Counted from the first letter of the stretch, positions 7,673 through 16,940 are shown. The stretch is 32,000 nt of DNA from Cereibacter sphaeroides 2.4.1 (GCF_000012905.2 NC_007493.2:150001-182000); one strand, 5' to 3'. Numbers and translations are program-made. The notes: generated by a model not told the origin, from the letters alone.

Positions 7673-10240
7673 CTACAGCGCCCCCGAACTCCGCACAGGG
7701 GCTGCCGTGTCGAGGGGGCGATCCGGCGCGGCCTCCTCGAGCGCCGTGCGCATCCTGTCCCAGAGGGCGGGGAGGGCCGCAAGATGCGGCCCCGCTTCCG
7801 CTCCGGTCCGCAGCGCCTCCTGCGCCTGCCGGAGCCTGCGGTGCAGCGGCCCGGTGCCGAAGGTCGAGATCGCGCCGGCCAGCTGGTGCACGAGGGGACG
7901 GGCCTCCTCGGGCGGCGGCTCGAAGCCGAGCGCCGCCAGCCGCTCGAGGATCGCGGTGCCGTCGAGGATCATCTGCCGGATCAGCCCGTGGAGTGCCACC
8001 GGGCCGATCTGGTCTTCCAGTTCGCGCAGCCGGGCCGTGTCGAGCGCCTCCTCGACCGGCGGAGAGGCAGGCTCGGCCGGATGGCGCAGCATCCGCAGGA
8101 GCGCATCCCGGCTCACCGGCTTTTCGAGCCATCCGTCGATGCCCGCGGCCCTGAGCGCGCCGGGATCGGCCGTCAGCGAGTGGGCGGTGACGGCGAGGAT
8201 GCGCGAGGCGGCGCTCGGCCCGCCGCCATCGCGGATCCGGCGCGCCACCTGCAGCCCGTCGAGGCCCGGCATGCTGATGTCGGTCAGGATCACGTCGAAA
8301 TGCCGTGACTGGGCTGCCGTCAGCCCCTCGAGCCCGCTGCGCGCCGTCAAGACCCGGTGGCCCGCGCTCTCGAGGAAGTTCTGGGCGATGAAGCGGTTGA
8401 TGTCATTGTCCTCGACCAAGAGCACCGAGAGCGCCTCGTCGGACCCGCGGGAGGCGGCGAGCTCCTCGCGCGGGCGGCGGAGCGGCAGGCGCAGGGTGAA
8501 GCGGCTGCCGCGGCCCGGCGTGCTCTGGACGGTGAGATCGCCGCCCATGATCCGCGCCAGCCGCCGCGCGATCCCGAGGCCCAGTCCCGTGCCGCCCGAC
8601 CGGCGCTCGTAGCTGGCGTCGAGCGTCACGAAATCGTCGAAGACCTTCTCCAGGTTCTCGGGGGCGATGCCGATGCCGGTGTCGAGCACGCGGATCTCGA
8701 CATCCGCGCCCTGCACCTCGCTTTCGACGATGATCCGCCCGTTCCGGGTGAATTTCACCGCGTTGTTCAGCAGGTTCAGCAGGACCTGCCGCAGCCGCTG
8801 GGGTTCGCCGTTCAGGATCCCCACCGGCCCGGTCAGCGGACGATGGTCGATCCGGTTGCCGACGACGGCGGCAAAGCCCGACTGGTTCGCGATACAGTCC
8901 TCGATCAGCCGGTCGAGATCGAAATCGACCATCTCTGCCACCGAGGGTCGGGCCTCGGAGCGGGCGATGTCGAGAACCGAATTCACATGGTCGAGCAGGA
9001 TCTCGGCCGAGGCGCGCAGCACCGAGACGAGCTCGCGCTGGCGCGGGTCGAGCGGCGTCTGGGCGAGCAGTTCGAGCGACCCCGCAAGCCCGTTCAGCGG
9101 CGTCCGCATCTCGTGGCTCATCACGGCGAGGAAGTCGGCCTTCGTCTGCTCGCCCGCGAGCGCGCGGTCGCGCGCCTCGGTCAGCTCGCGCTCGGCGCGC
9201 CTGCGGGCCGAGATGTCGCGCATCAGGGCCACGATGATGTCCTCGCCTTCGACACGCGCGGCCGCGAGCGAGACCTCGACCGGAAAGCGTGAGCCGTCGG
9301 CATGGACCGCCTCGAGTTCGAGCCGCAGGGGGCCGTCGATCCGGGGGTCGGAATTGCGCAGCGCATCCACCACGCGCATGCGCTGGCGGCCCTGCAGCTC
9401 GGCCGGGAACAGCAGCTCCATCGCATCGGCGCCGGCCAGCCGCTCGCGCTGGTGCCCGAAGATGGCGAGCGCCGCGCGATTGCAGTCGATCACCCGGGCG
9501 CTCCAGTCGGTCACGAGGATCGCATCCGCCGAAATGCGGAAGATCGCCTCGAGCCGGGCGCTGGCGCGGCCCGCCGCCTCGGCCTGTTCGCGCGAGCGCA
9601 GATAAAGCCGCAAAAGCTGGAACGATCCGGCCGACAGCATCAGCACGAGGCCGATGGTCAAGGCCACGAGGCGCATGATCGAACTGCCGATGATCGCGCG
9701 ATTCTCGAGGTTGCGGCTCTCGCGGTCTGCGCTGGCCGTGGCCGAAAGCTCCGCCACCGCCTGCTCGAGGTGCGGCAGGGCGCGGGTCAGGCCGGGCATT
9801 GCGGCTGTCACCGTGGCGTCCGGTGCCGCGATCAGATCCGCACGATCCCGCTCGAACTGGCGGAGCCGCGCAATGCCTTCGCCATAGGCCGGGTCCCACA
9901 GCACCCCGGCCTCGGCCATGGCGGTGTCGAGCTGCGCCAGACCCTCCTGCAACTGCCGGAGGGACGTCCGGACCGCCGCGGGGCTCGGGCTGCTGCCTGT
10001 GACGCCGAGGGCGCTTGCGAACTGCGAGAGGTTGCCGTCGAGATCGGACAGCCGGGTCTGCACCCCGTCCGTGACGATATAGTCGAGCTGCTGGAACCGC
10101 TCGCGGGCATCGTTGGCGAGGCCGATGATGGCGGTGGCGCCCGCGAGCATGACGAGGACGGCCGCTGGCAGGCGGAGTCTCTGCCAGAGCCGGGGGGCGG
10201 CAACCGTCCGCCTGAGGTCGGTGTCACGTCGCGCGGACAT
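7673..10240 (-). CDS. Hybrid sensor histidine kinase (2 TM + periplasmic domain, PAS, HisKA, HATPase_c, REC, HPt)
   Basis: 855-aa track ORF. H-box [16 protein letters not shown]; G2 box [12 protein letters not shown]; receiver [10 protein letters not shown]...[12 protein letters not shown]; C-terminal HPt-like [11 protein letters not shown]; two hydrophobic segments flank about 150 aa at the N-terminus. Confidence 0.9.
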   Translation of the reverse strand: MSARRDTDLRRTVAAPRLWQRLRLPAAVLVMLAGATAIIGLANDARERFQQLDYIVTDGVQTRLSDLDGNLSQFASALGVTGSSPSPAAVRTSLRQLQEGLAQLDTAMAEAGVLWDPAYGEGIARLRQFERDRADLIAAPDATVTAAMPGLTRALPHLEQAVAELSATASADRESRNLENRAIIGSSIMRLVALTIGLVLMLSAGSFQLLRLYLRSREQAEAAGRASARLEAIFRISADAILVTDWSARVIDCNRAALAIFGHQRERLAGADAMELLFPAELQGRQRMRVVDALRNSDPRIDGPLRLELEAVHADGSRFPVEVSLAAARVEGEDIIVALMRDISARRRAERELTEARDRALAGEQTKADFLAVMSHEMRTPLNGLAGSLELLAQTPLDPRQRELVSVLRASAEILLDHVNSVLDIARSEARPSVAEMVDFDLDRLIEDCIANQSGFAAVVGNRIDHRPLTGPVGILNGEPQRLRQVLLNLLNNAVKFTRNGRIIVESEVQGADVEIRVLDTGIGIAPENLEKVFDDFVTLDASYERRSGGTGLGLGIARRLARIMGGDLTVQSTPGRGSRFTLRLPLRRPREELAASRGSDEALSVLLVEDNDINRFIAQNFLESAGHRVLTARSGLEGLTAAQSRHFDVILTDISMPGLDGLQVARRIRDGGGPSAASRILAVTAHSLTADPGALRAAGIDGWLEKPVSRDALLRMLRHPAEPASPPVEEALDTARLRELEDQIGPVALHGLIRQMILDGTAILERLAALGFEPPPEEARPLVHQLAGAISTFGTGPLHRRLRQAQEALRTGAEAGPHLAALPALWDRMRTALEEAAPDRPLDTAAPVRSSGAL

Positions 10241-10307
10241 GAGCCTACCCTAGATCAGGCTCCGGCACCGATCCAGCGTCGCCCGGCCGCAGACGTTCGA
10301 AACGGCG

Positions 10308-11714
10308 TCAGACCGTGTGGAGGTACAGATCGTAGTCGACGTCCGGGATCGTCCGCGCCACGCGGGCATATTCCGCGGCCTTGATGGCGGTGAAGGTGCG
10401 GTGCATGTCCGGCCCCAGCGCCTCGCGCAGGAAGGCCGAATGTTCCGCCGCCGCGATGGCGCTGCGCCAGCAGGTCGGGATCGGCTGCGTGTCGCCCGGA
10501 TCCTCGTAGCCGTTGCCGGTGGTCTCGGGGCCGGGGTCGATCTGCTGCTCGAGCCCGCGGCGGATGCCGGCCAGCACGGTGGCGGCCACGAGATAGGGGT
10601 TGGCGTCGACCCCGGCCGGGCGATGCTCGATCCGCCGGGCGCGGATGTCGCCCGCCGGGATGCGCAGCGCGACCGAGCGGTTGTTCACCCCCCAGCTGGG
10701 CGAGACCGGAGCGTAGCTCTGGCTCGCGAAGCGCCGCCAGGAGTTCGCATGCGGCGCGAAGACCAGCATCGATTCCCCCATCGTCTCGCGCAGGCCGCCG
10801 AGCGCGTGCAGGATCGGGCGCGACCACTGGCCCTCGGTCTCCTCGACGAAGATGTTGCGCCCCTCGGCATCGCAGAGCGAGACATGCAGATGCATCCCCG
10901 AACCGGCGTAGCTTTCCACGGGCTTGGCCATGAAACAGGCGGTGACGCCATGGCGGCGCGCCTGCGCCCGCACGATCCGCTTGAGCCGCATCAGGTCGTC
11001 CGCCGCCTGCAGCACATCGGTGCGGTAATGGAGCGTGAGCTCGTACTGGCCCGGCGCATATTCCGAGATCATGGTCTCGGCCTTGATCCCCGCCGTCTCG
11101 GCCCCCGCATAGATGTCGGAGAAGAGCGGCATCATCCCGTGCAGGTGATCGACGGAATAGACCTCGGTCTTGGCGCTGCGCCGGCCGTCCAGCACGTCGG
11201 CTGCCGGCTGCACGCGCCCGTCGGGGCCGCGCTCGTTGGCCAGAAGGAAGAATTCGAGCTCGAAGGCCGCCGACGGGTGAAGGCCCAGCTCCGCCAGCGC
11301 CTCCACCTGCCGTGCGAGCGCATGGCGCGGGTCCGAGCTCATCGGCCGGCCGTCGAGGTCGTACATGCACATGAAGACCTCGCCCCGCGGCGGCGTGGTG
11401 CCATGAAGGGGCACCAGCGTGCCGGGGATCGGCCAGGCCCGCAGGTCGCCGTCGCCCTGATCCCAGATCAGGCCGGTCTCGTGGACATCCTCGCCGCAGA
11501 TGTCGAGCCCGAGGATCGAGATCGGCAGGTGCCGCCCGCCCTTGTAGAAGGACAAAAGTTCGTGGCGCCGGATGATCTTGCCTCGGCCGATGCCGTTGGC
11601 ATCGTGCAGGACGATGTCGAAGGCCTCGATCTCGGGATGGGCGGCGAGGAAGGTTTCGGCCTCGCTGAGGGTCGAACCGGAGGGGCTGGGCTGGTCGGTC
11701 ATCGTTGCGGTCAC
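10308..11714 (-). CDS. Glutamine synthetase family protein (gamma-glutamyl-amine ligase, PuuA-like)
   Basis: 468-aa track ORF with GS beta-grasp and catalytic-domain similarity (...SGMHLHVSL..., NPYL...). The GTG start at 11714 overlaps the upstream stop (GTGA). The alternative ATG is at 11702. Confidence 0.85.
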   Translation of the reverse strand: MTATMTDQPSPSGSTLSEAETFLAAHPEIEAFDIVLHDANGIGRGKIIRRHELLSFYKGGRHLPISILGLDICGEDVHETGLIWDQGDGDLRAWPIPGTLVPLHGTTPPRGEVFMCMYDLDGRPMSSDPRHALARQVEALAELGLHPSAAFELEFFLLANERGPDGRVQPAADVLDGRRSAKTEVYSVDHLHGMMPLFSDIYAGAETAGIKAETMISEYAPGQYELTLHYRTDVLQAADDLMRLKRIVRAQARRHGVTACFMAKPVESYAGSGMHLHVSLCDAEGRNIFVEETEGQWSRPILHALGGLRETMGESMLVFAPHANSWRRFASQSYAPVSPSWGVNNRSVALRIPAGDIRARRIEHRPAGVDANPYLVAATVLAGIRRGLEQQIDPGPETTGNGYEDPGDTQPIPTCWRSAIAAAEHSAFLREALGPDMHRTFTAIKAAEYARVARTIPDVDYDLYLHTV

Positions 11715-13084
11715 GCGAAAAGGTCTGTCAGGATGGCGTCGAAGGCGGCGATCAGGCGGTCGATCTGGCGGGTCCGGGTCATGGGGCTCACCAGCATCAT
11801 GTTGTGGAAGGGCGCGATCAGCGAGCCGCGGTTCAGAAGGCCCAGATGCACCGCCCCCTCAAGGCGCGGCTGATGGGCGGCCGCGGCCTCTGTCCCGTTG
11901 CGGAGCGGCCCGGGCGCGCAGATGAACTCGACGCGCGCACCCACGCGGACGACATGCCACGGCGCACCCACACGGGCGATGGCCGCGGCCAGACCCTTGG
12001 CCAGCCGCTTTGCGCCGCGCTCCATATGGGCATAGGCCTCGGGCGTCATCACCTCGGACAGGGTGGCGCAGAGGCAGGCGAACTGCATCGGATTGGCCGA
12101 GAGAGTCGTGCCCATGCCGCTGTGGCCCGCGGGGCGCGTCGCATTGTAGGCCGCGAAGCGCGCGCCGAGATCGGGCGTCAGGCCCCAGACGGCGGTGGGC
12201 GTGCCGCCCGCCACGCATTTGCCCACCACGAGAATGTCGGGCGACAGGCTGTGCACCCGTCCGTAGCCGCCGAGGCCCGAGGAAAGCGTATGGGTCTCGT
12301 CGAGGATCAGCACCGCCCCGTAGCGGCGCGAGAGGGTGCGCAGCGCATCGTGGAAGCCCGCCTCGGGCAGCACCATGCAGGAGTTGGTCATCACCGGCTC
12401 GGTGAGGATCGCGGCGATCTCGCCAGTGGCCAGCGCCGCCTCGACGCCCGCGACATCGTTGAACTCGACCGCGACCGCCTTCGAGGCGAGATCGGCGACC
12501 ATGCCCACGAGGCCCGGCCGCGCCCGCGTGCGGCCGTTCTCGAGCATGACCATCGTGTCGTCGACCGTCCCGTGGTAGCAGCCGTTGAACACCAGCACCT
12601 TGCGCCGCCCGGTGACGGCCCGCGCCACGCGCAGCGCGAAGCGGTTGGCGTCGGTCGCGGTCAGCGCCACCTGCCAGCGGAAGTCGCCGAAGGTCCGATT
12701 GAGAAGCTGCCCCGCCTCGAAGGTGGCCTCGGTCGGCAGCATGTAGGTCAGCCCCTGCCGCGCCTGCCGCCGGATCGCCCGCGCCACCGGGGCCGGCGAG
12801 TGGCCGAACATCGAGCCCGTGTCGCCCAGGCAGAAATCGTCGAGCCGGTGCCCGTCGAGGTCGGTCAGGCGTGCGCCCTGCGCTTCGGCCGCGACCAGCG
12901 GGAAGGGCGAGGGCCAGTCCTTCATCCAGTGCATCGGCACGCCGCCCAGATAGGATTGCGCGCCGCGCTGAAGCGCCTCCTTCGACCGTGGGTTCTCGCG
13001 CTCGAAGCGGGCCGTCTCGTCGGCGAGGAAGGCCGCGAGCCGGTCCTCCGCCACCCCCGCCGTTCGCGGCGGATCTGCGCTCAT
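11711..13084 (-). CDS. Class III (PLP-dependent) aminotransferase, GSA-aminomutase-like
   Basis: 457-aa track ORF with the PLP-lysine context ILVVGKCVAGG and a DETHT-like block (LILDETHTL). Its ATG overlaps the purK stop (ATGA, 13081-13084). Confidence 0.85.
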   Translation of the reverse strand: MSADPPRTAGVAEDRLAAFLADETARFERENPRSKEALQRGAQSYLGGVPMHWMKDWPSPFPLVAAEAQGARLTDLDGHRLDDFCLGDTGSMFGHSPAPVARAIRRQARQGLTYMLPTEATFEAGQLLNRTFGDFRWQVALTATDANRFALRVARAVTGRRKVLVFNGCYHGTVDDTMVMLENGRTRARPGLVGMVADLASKAVAVEFNDVAGVEAALATGEIAAILTEPVMTNSCMVLPEAGFHDALRTLSRRYGAVLILDETHTLSSGLGGYGRVHSLSPDILVVGKCVAGGTPTAVWGLTPDLGARFAAYNATRPAGHSGMGTTLSANPMQFACLCATLSEVMTPEAYAHMERGAKRLAKGLAAAIARVGAPWHVVRVGARVEFICAPGPLRNGTEAAAAHQPRLEGAVHLGLLNRGSLIAPFHNMMLVSPMTRTRQIDRLIAAFDAILTDLFA

Positions 13085-14163
13085 GCGCCGGTCACCGGGC
13101 GGAGGATGCGGTTCACATGGCCCATCTTGCGCCCCGGGCGCGCTTCGGCCTTGCCATAGAGATGGATCGCCGTGTGCTTCTCGAGCGCGAGCGCCGGCAC
13201 CCGGGCCACATCATGGCCGATCAGATTCTCCATCTCGACATCGGCGAAGCGCGAGCCGTCGCCGAGCGGCCAGCCGGTGATCGCACGGATATGCTGCTCG
13301 AACTGGTCCACCGCGCAGCCGTTCTGCGTCCAGTGCCCGGAATTGTGGACCCGCGGCGCGATCTCGTTCACCAGCAGCGCCTCGGGCGTCACGAAGAGCT
13401 CGACCCCCATCACGCCCACATAGTCGAGAGCATTGAGGATCCGCCCGGCCAGCAGCACCGCGTCGGTGCGCTGCGAGGCGGTGAGGCGGGCGGGCACCGT
13501 GGTCGTGTGCAGGATGCCCGAGAGATGCACGTTCTCGCCGGGCTCATAGACCGCGACCGATCCGTCGCGGCCGCGCGCCGCGATGACCGAGACCTCGTGG
13601 GTGAAGCGGACGAAGCCCTCGAGCACGGCAGGCTGGCCGCCCATGGCCGCGAAGGCCTCGGCCGCGTCGTCGGGCTCCATGAGGCGGGCCTGCCCCTTGC
13701 CGTCATAGCCGAGGCGCGTGGTCTTGAGGATGGCGGGCGTGCCGATGCCGTGGATCGCGGCCTCGAGATCCTCTCGGCTGCCGACGGGGCGGTAGGGGGC
13801 CACGGCGAGGCCGAGCCCGGTCAGGAAGCCCTTCTCCTCGAGCCGGTCCTGGCTGACCGCGAGGGCGCGGCGGTTCGGGTGGAGGGGTTTCAGCGCCTCC
13901 AGCAGGTCGAGGGCCGAGGTCGGGATGTTCTCGAATTCGTAGGTGATGACATCGACCGAGGTCGCGAAGGCCCGCAGTGCGGCCTCGTCCTCGTAGGGCG
14001 CGGTCGTGACCGCATGGGCCACGTCGGCGGCGGGCGGGTTGGCGCTCGGCTCGAAGATATGGGTGCGGAAGCCCAGCCGCGCCGCCGCGACCGAAAGCAT
14101 CCGGCCGAGCTGGCCGCCGCCGAGGATGCCGATGGTCGAGCCGGGGGGCAGGCGGTCAGTCAT
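13081..14163 (-). CDS. purK: 5-(carboxyamino)imidazole ribonucleotide synthase
   Basis: 360-aa track ORF with an ATP-grasp layout. The N-terminus [13 protein letters not shown] and the C-terminal RKMGHV are typical of PurK. It overlaps purE by 8 nt. Confidence 0.9.
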   Translation of the reverse strand: MTDRLPPGSTIGILGGGQLGRMLSVAAARLGFRTHIFEPSANPPAADVAHAVTTAPYEDEAALRAFATSVDVITYEFENIPTSALDLLEALKPLHPNRRALAVSQDRLEEKGFLTGLGLAVAPYRPVGSREDLEAAIHGIGTPAILKTTRLGYDGKGQARLMEPDDAAEAFAAMGGQPAVLEGFVRFTHEVSVIAARGRDGSVAVYEPGENVHLSGILHTTTVPARLTASQRTDAVLLAGRILNALDYVGVMGVELFVTPEALLVNEIAPRVHNSGHWTQNGCAVDQFEQHIRAITGWPLGDGSRFADVEMENLIGHDVARVPALALEKHTAIHLYGKAEARPGRKMGHVNRILRPVTGA

Positions 14164-14641
14164 CGGAGGGCTCCTCGGGGATGGAGGCGGAGAGGGCTGC
14201 GCGCCAGGCGTCGAGCCGCTGGCCGAGCGCCGGATCGGAGAGGGCGAGGATGCCCGCGGCCATCAGGCCCGCGTTCGCCGCGCCGGCGCTGCCGATCGCC
14301 ATGGTGGCGACCGGAAAACCCTTGGGCATCTGGACGATGGAATAGAGGCTGTCGACGCCCGAGAGCGCGCGGGTCTGGACGGGCACGCCGATGACGGGCA
14401 CCCGCGTTTTCGAGGCCATCATGCCGGGAAGGTGCGCCGCACCGCCCGCGCCCGCGATGATGACCTTGAGCCCGCGCCCGACGGCGGTCTTGCCGTAGTT
14501 CCAGAGCCGGTCGGGCGTGCGGTGCGCCGAGACGATCCTCGCCTCGTGAGAGATGCCGAGCTCGTCGAGGATCGCCGCGGCCTCCTTCATCGTGGCCCAG
14601 TCCGACTGGCTGCCCATGATGATCCCAACGTCCACAGTCAT
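14156..14641 (-). CDS. purE: 5-(carboxyamino)imidazole ribonucleotide mutase
   Basis: 161-aa track [20 protein letters not shown] and [10 protein letters not shown] are PurE signatures. Confidence 0.95.
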   Translation of the reverse strand: MTVDVGIIMGSQSDWATMKEAAAILDELGISHEARIVSAHRTPDRLWNYGKTAVGRGLKVIIAGAGGAAHLPGMMASKTRVPVIGVPVQTRALSGVDSLYSIVQMPKGFPVATMAIGSAGAANAGLMAAGILALSDPALGQRLDAWRAALSASIPEEPSDD

Positions 14642-14876
14642 GCGCCGCGCCCCTGTCCTGCCCTGAGCGGCGCACTATAGCCATGGCCGGGCAGGGGGCA
14701 AGCGGTCGGCGGAGGGGCAGGCCGCTTGCTGCGGGACTGCGTCCTGCAGGCCATGCGCCGATCCGGCGGCGCGGATCCACTCGGCAGGGCCGGGCACAGC
14801 AGCGACTGTCCCTGCGGCAGGGGCCCGTCATTCACGATGCGCGAGTGGCAGGGGGCGTTCCGGCCGCGCGCGGGTG

Positions 14877-15095
14877 TCAGGCGATGATGTCGGGGATGAG
14901 CCGGTCCTCGATCTTCACGATCTGGTCCTTGAGGGCCAGTTTCTGCTTCTTGAGCCGCCGCAGCATGAGCTGATCGCCACGGCCGCCCGCCTCGATGGCG
15001 GCAATCGCCTCGTCGAGATCGCGGTGCTCGCGCCGCAGGACTTCCAGCCGGATGCGCAGCATGTCTTCGAAGCTCAATTCGGGGGACGCATTCAT
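14877..15095 (-). CDS. DUF465 (YdcH-like) small protein
   Basis: The last 72 aa of track ORF 14877..15899, from the ATG at 15095: MNASPELSFEDMLRIRLEVLRREHRDLDEAIAAIEAGGRGDQLMLRRLKKQKLALKDQIVKIEDRLIPDIIA. The KKQKLxLKD motif is shared with E. coli YdcH. Confidence 0.75.
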   Translation of the reverse strand: MNASPELSFEDMLRIRLEVLRREHRDLDEAIAAIEAGGRGDQLMLRRLKKQKLALKDQIVKIEDRLIPDIIA

Positions 15096-15354
15096 GTGTC
15101 TTGACCTGTCGGGAAAGTCGCCCGTTGCGTTTGGATGAGTCGCCGTCAGACGAATATACAGAACGCACGCGTTTGCGGGAAGAATCCTGCAGGAGGCCGA
15201 TATGTCGCGTTCGAAGGGGCGCGCCTGTGGCGGTCGCGCCTCAAGAGGGGCGGCTTCCCTCTCCATGAGCGGGAAAGGCGGAGGCAGACGGCCCGTGTCG
15301 TCCCGGCATGCCGCCCGACCCCTGCGTGCCGAGGCGGCGCGCCGCGCCCGCGCT

Positions 15355-15384
15355 CTTGCAAGGGTGGGGCCCGCCGCCCATATT
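15355..15384 (+). promoter_or_regulatory. Sigma32 (RpoH)-type heat-shock promoter for hsp20
   Basis: CTTGCAA (15355-15361), 14-nt spacer, GCCCATAT (15376-15383). The consensus is CTTGAAA-N13-15-CCCCATNT. It lies about 65 nt upstream of the hsp20 ATG. Confidence 0.6.
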
Positions 15385-15422
15385 CGACAGGTGGAATGCC
15401 CGCCCGGGGTTCCGCCAGAGAA

Positions 15423-15443
15423 ATGTCGCTTCTGCAAGGACAT
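15423..15443 (+). promoter_or_regulatory. ROSE-like RNA thermometer hairpin masking the hsp20 Shine-Dalgarno
   Basis: 5'-AUGUCGCUU-CUGC-AAGGACAU-3'. The SD AAGGA (15436-15440) pairs with UCGCUU, leaving G15428 bulged. UCGCU (15426-15430) matches the U(U/C)GCU motif of ROSE-like elements found upstream of small heat-shock genes. Confidence 0.55.
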
Positions 15444-15449
15444 GACGGA

Positions 15450-15890
15450 ATGACCAAACTGACTTTCGGGGGCCATCCCTTCCTGCTCGGGTTCGAACAG
15501 CTCGAGCGGCTGGTCGAGCGGACGGCCAAGACGGCCAGCGAGGGCTACCCGCCCTTCAATATCGAGGCCGTGGCGGAGAACGCCTATCGCATCACGCTCG
15601 CCGTCGCCGGCTTCCGCGAGGACGATATCGCCATCACCGTCGAGGACCGTCAGCTCGTGGTGCGCGGGCGGCAGGCCGAGGATCCGGCCGAGCGCGTGTT
15701 CCTGCATCGCGGCATCGCCTCCCGTGCCTTCCAGCGCAGCTTCGTGCTGGCGGATGGCGTCGAGGTGGCGGGGGCGACCATGGAGCATGGTCTTCTGCAT
15801 ATCGACCTGCACCGGCAGGTGCCGCAAGCGGTGGTGCAGACGATCCCGATCGGGCGCAACCGTGCGATAAAGGAAGGAGTCGAGCAATGA
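15450..15890 (+). CDS. Hsp20/alpha-crystallin family small heat-shock protein (IbpA-like)
   Basis: Track ORF 15135..15890, trimmed to the ATG at 15450 (MTKLTFGGHPFLLGFEQLERL...). An alpha-crystallin domain is present (YPPFNIE...YRITLAVAGF...LVVRG...GLLHIDL). The alternative in-frame ATG is at 15423. Confidence 0.9.
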   Translation: MTKLTFGGHPFLLGFEQLERLVERTAKTASEGYPPFNIEAVAENAYRITLAVAGFREDDIAITVEDRQLVVRGRQAEDPAERVFLHRGIASRAFQRSFVLADGVEVAGATMEHGLLHIDLHRQVPQAVVQTIPIGRNRAIKEGVEQ

Positions 15891-16111
15891 ACACCCCATT
15901 CGATTTTCCCGAGGGTGCGGGGCGGCTGGTCTATGTCCGTCCGGTGCCGGTGGCCGAACTTCCCGAGGATGTGCAGTCGATGGCGCGCGGGCTCGACCAT
16001 ATCTACGCCCTGCATGGAGCGGACGGTGAGCGCCTTGCGCTGGTGCGCGACCGGCATCTGGCCTTCGTGCTCGCCCGTCAAAACGACCTTGCGCCGGTGA
16101 ACGTGCACTGA
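15887..16111 (+). CDS. DUF1150 family small protein
   Basis: 74-aa track ORF. LVYVRPV...ALHGADGERLALVRDRHLAFVLARQNDLAPVNVH is typical of DUF1150. Its ATG overlaps the hsp20 stop (ATGA, 15887-15890). Confidence 0.8.
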   Translation: MNTPFDFPEGAGRLVYVRPVPVAELPEDVQSMARGLDHIYALHGADGERLALVRDRHLAFVLARQNDLAPVNVH

Positions 16112-16128
16112 CGCCTCCGGGGAGAGGC

Positions 16129-16163
16129 CCTCGGCCGCTTCGACAGACGGCCGAGGATTTTCC
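16129..16163 (+). terminator. Rho-independent terminator of the hsp20-DUF1150 unit
   Basis: CCUCGGCCG (16129-16137), 10-nt loop, CGGCCGAGG (16148-16156), followed by AUUUUCC. Confidence 0.75.
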
Positions 16164-16385
16164 AGCTGCCTCCCGGACGACGGCGCCTTGAGGCCACAGC
16201 GCGCCCGCATGTCCTCGGTGCCCTGGCCGCCAGAGCGCGGCGACCGCGCCGGTCCCACCGGACGCCCTTCCGCGACATCTGGGCCTCTTCCCATGTGGCC
16301 GGTCTGTGTCAGCCTGACGACTCGGAGGAGCGGGAGCCGGGTGCCCCCGTTCTCCCGGTGCCAGGAAAGGTCAGGTGGTGAGGCG

Positions 16386-16862
16386 ATGACGCAAGAACCG
16401 GGATACACCAGGCTCCAGATCACCCTGCATTGGGCGATCGCGGGGCTCGTCCTCTTCAATTACATCTTCGGCGAGACCATGGAGCGGGCCTACGACGCCG
16501 TGCGCCAGAATGTGGAGCCCGCGGGCGTGGGCCACTATCTCCATGTGGTCGTGGGGCTCGCCGTGCTCGTGCTGACGCTGGTCAGGATCGGCGCGCGGTT
16601 CGTGCTCGGGGTCCCTGAGAAGGGCACCACGCCCGGCGACAAGGTGGCCGCGGGGCTGCAGGGCCTGCTCTATCTGCTCACGCTGCTCGTGCCGGCGCTG
16701 GGCATGACGGCCTGGGGCGGCGGGCAGGCCTGGGCTGCGGGCCCGCATGTGCTGGCGGCGAATGCGATCATGCTGCTCGCCCTCGTCCATGCCGTTTCGG
16801 CGCTCTTCCATCAGTATGTGCTGAAGGACAGGCTGCTTCTCAGGATGATGCGTCCGCGCTGA
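16386..16862 (+). CDS. Cytochrome b561 family protein (membrane di-haem b-type)
   Basis: Track ORF 16188..16862, trimmed to the ATG at 16386 (MTQEPGYTRLQITLHWAIAGLVLFNY...). It has four hydrophobic helices with conserved His (LHW, HVVVG, HV..., HAVSALFH). Confidence 0.8.
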   Translation: MTQEPGYTRLQITLHWAIAGLVLFNYIFGETMERAYDAVRQNVEPAGVGHYLHVVVGLAVLVLTLVRIGARFVLGVPEKGTTPGDKVAAGLQGLLYLLTLLVPALGMTAWGGGQAWAAGPHVLAANAIMLLALVHAVSALFHQYVLKDRLLLRMMRPR

Positions 16863-16911
16863 CTTGGGAGCAGGGCGCGGACAGCCCCTTGCGGGCTCCG
16901 TCCGGGAAGCG

Positions 16912-16940
16912 AAAGGGGCGCCCGCGGGCGCCCCTTTTTC
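16912..16940. terminator. Bidirectional rho-independent terminator
   Basis: AAA-GGGGCGCC-CGCG-GGCGCCCC-UUUUU (stem 16915-16934), between the convergent cytochrome b561 stop (16862) and sat-cysC stop (16952). The A-tract and U-tract allow function on both strands. Confidence 0.8.
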
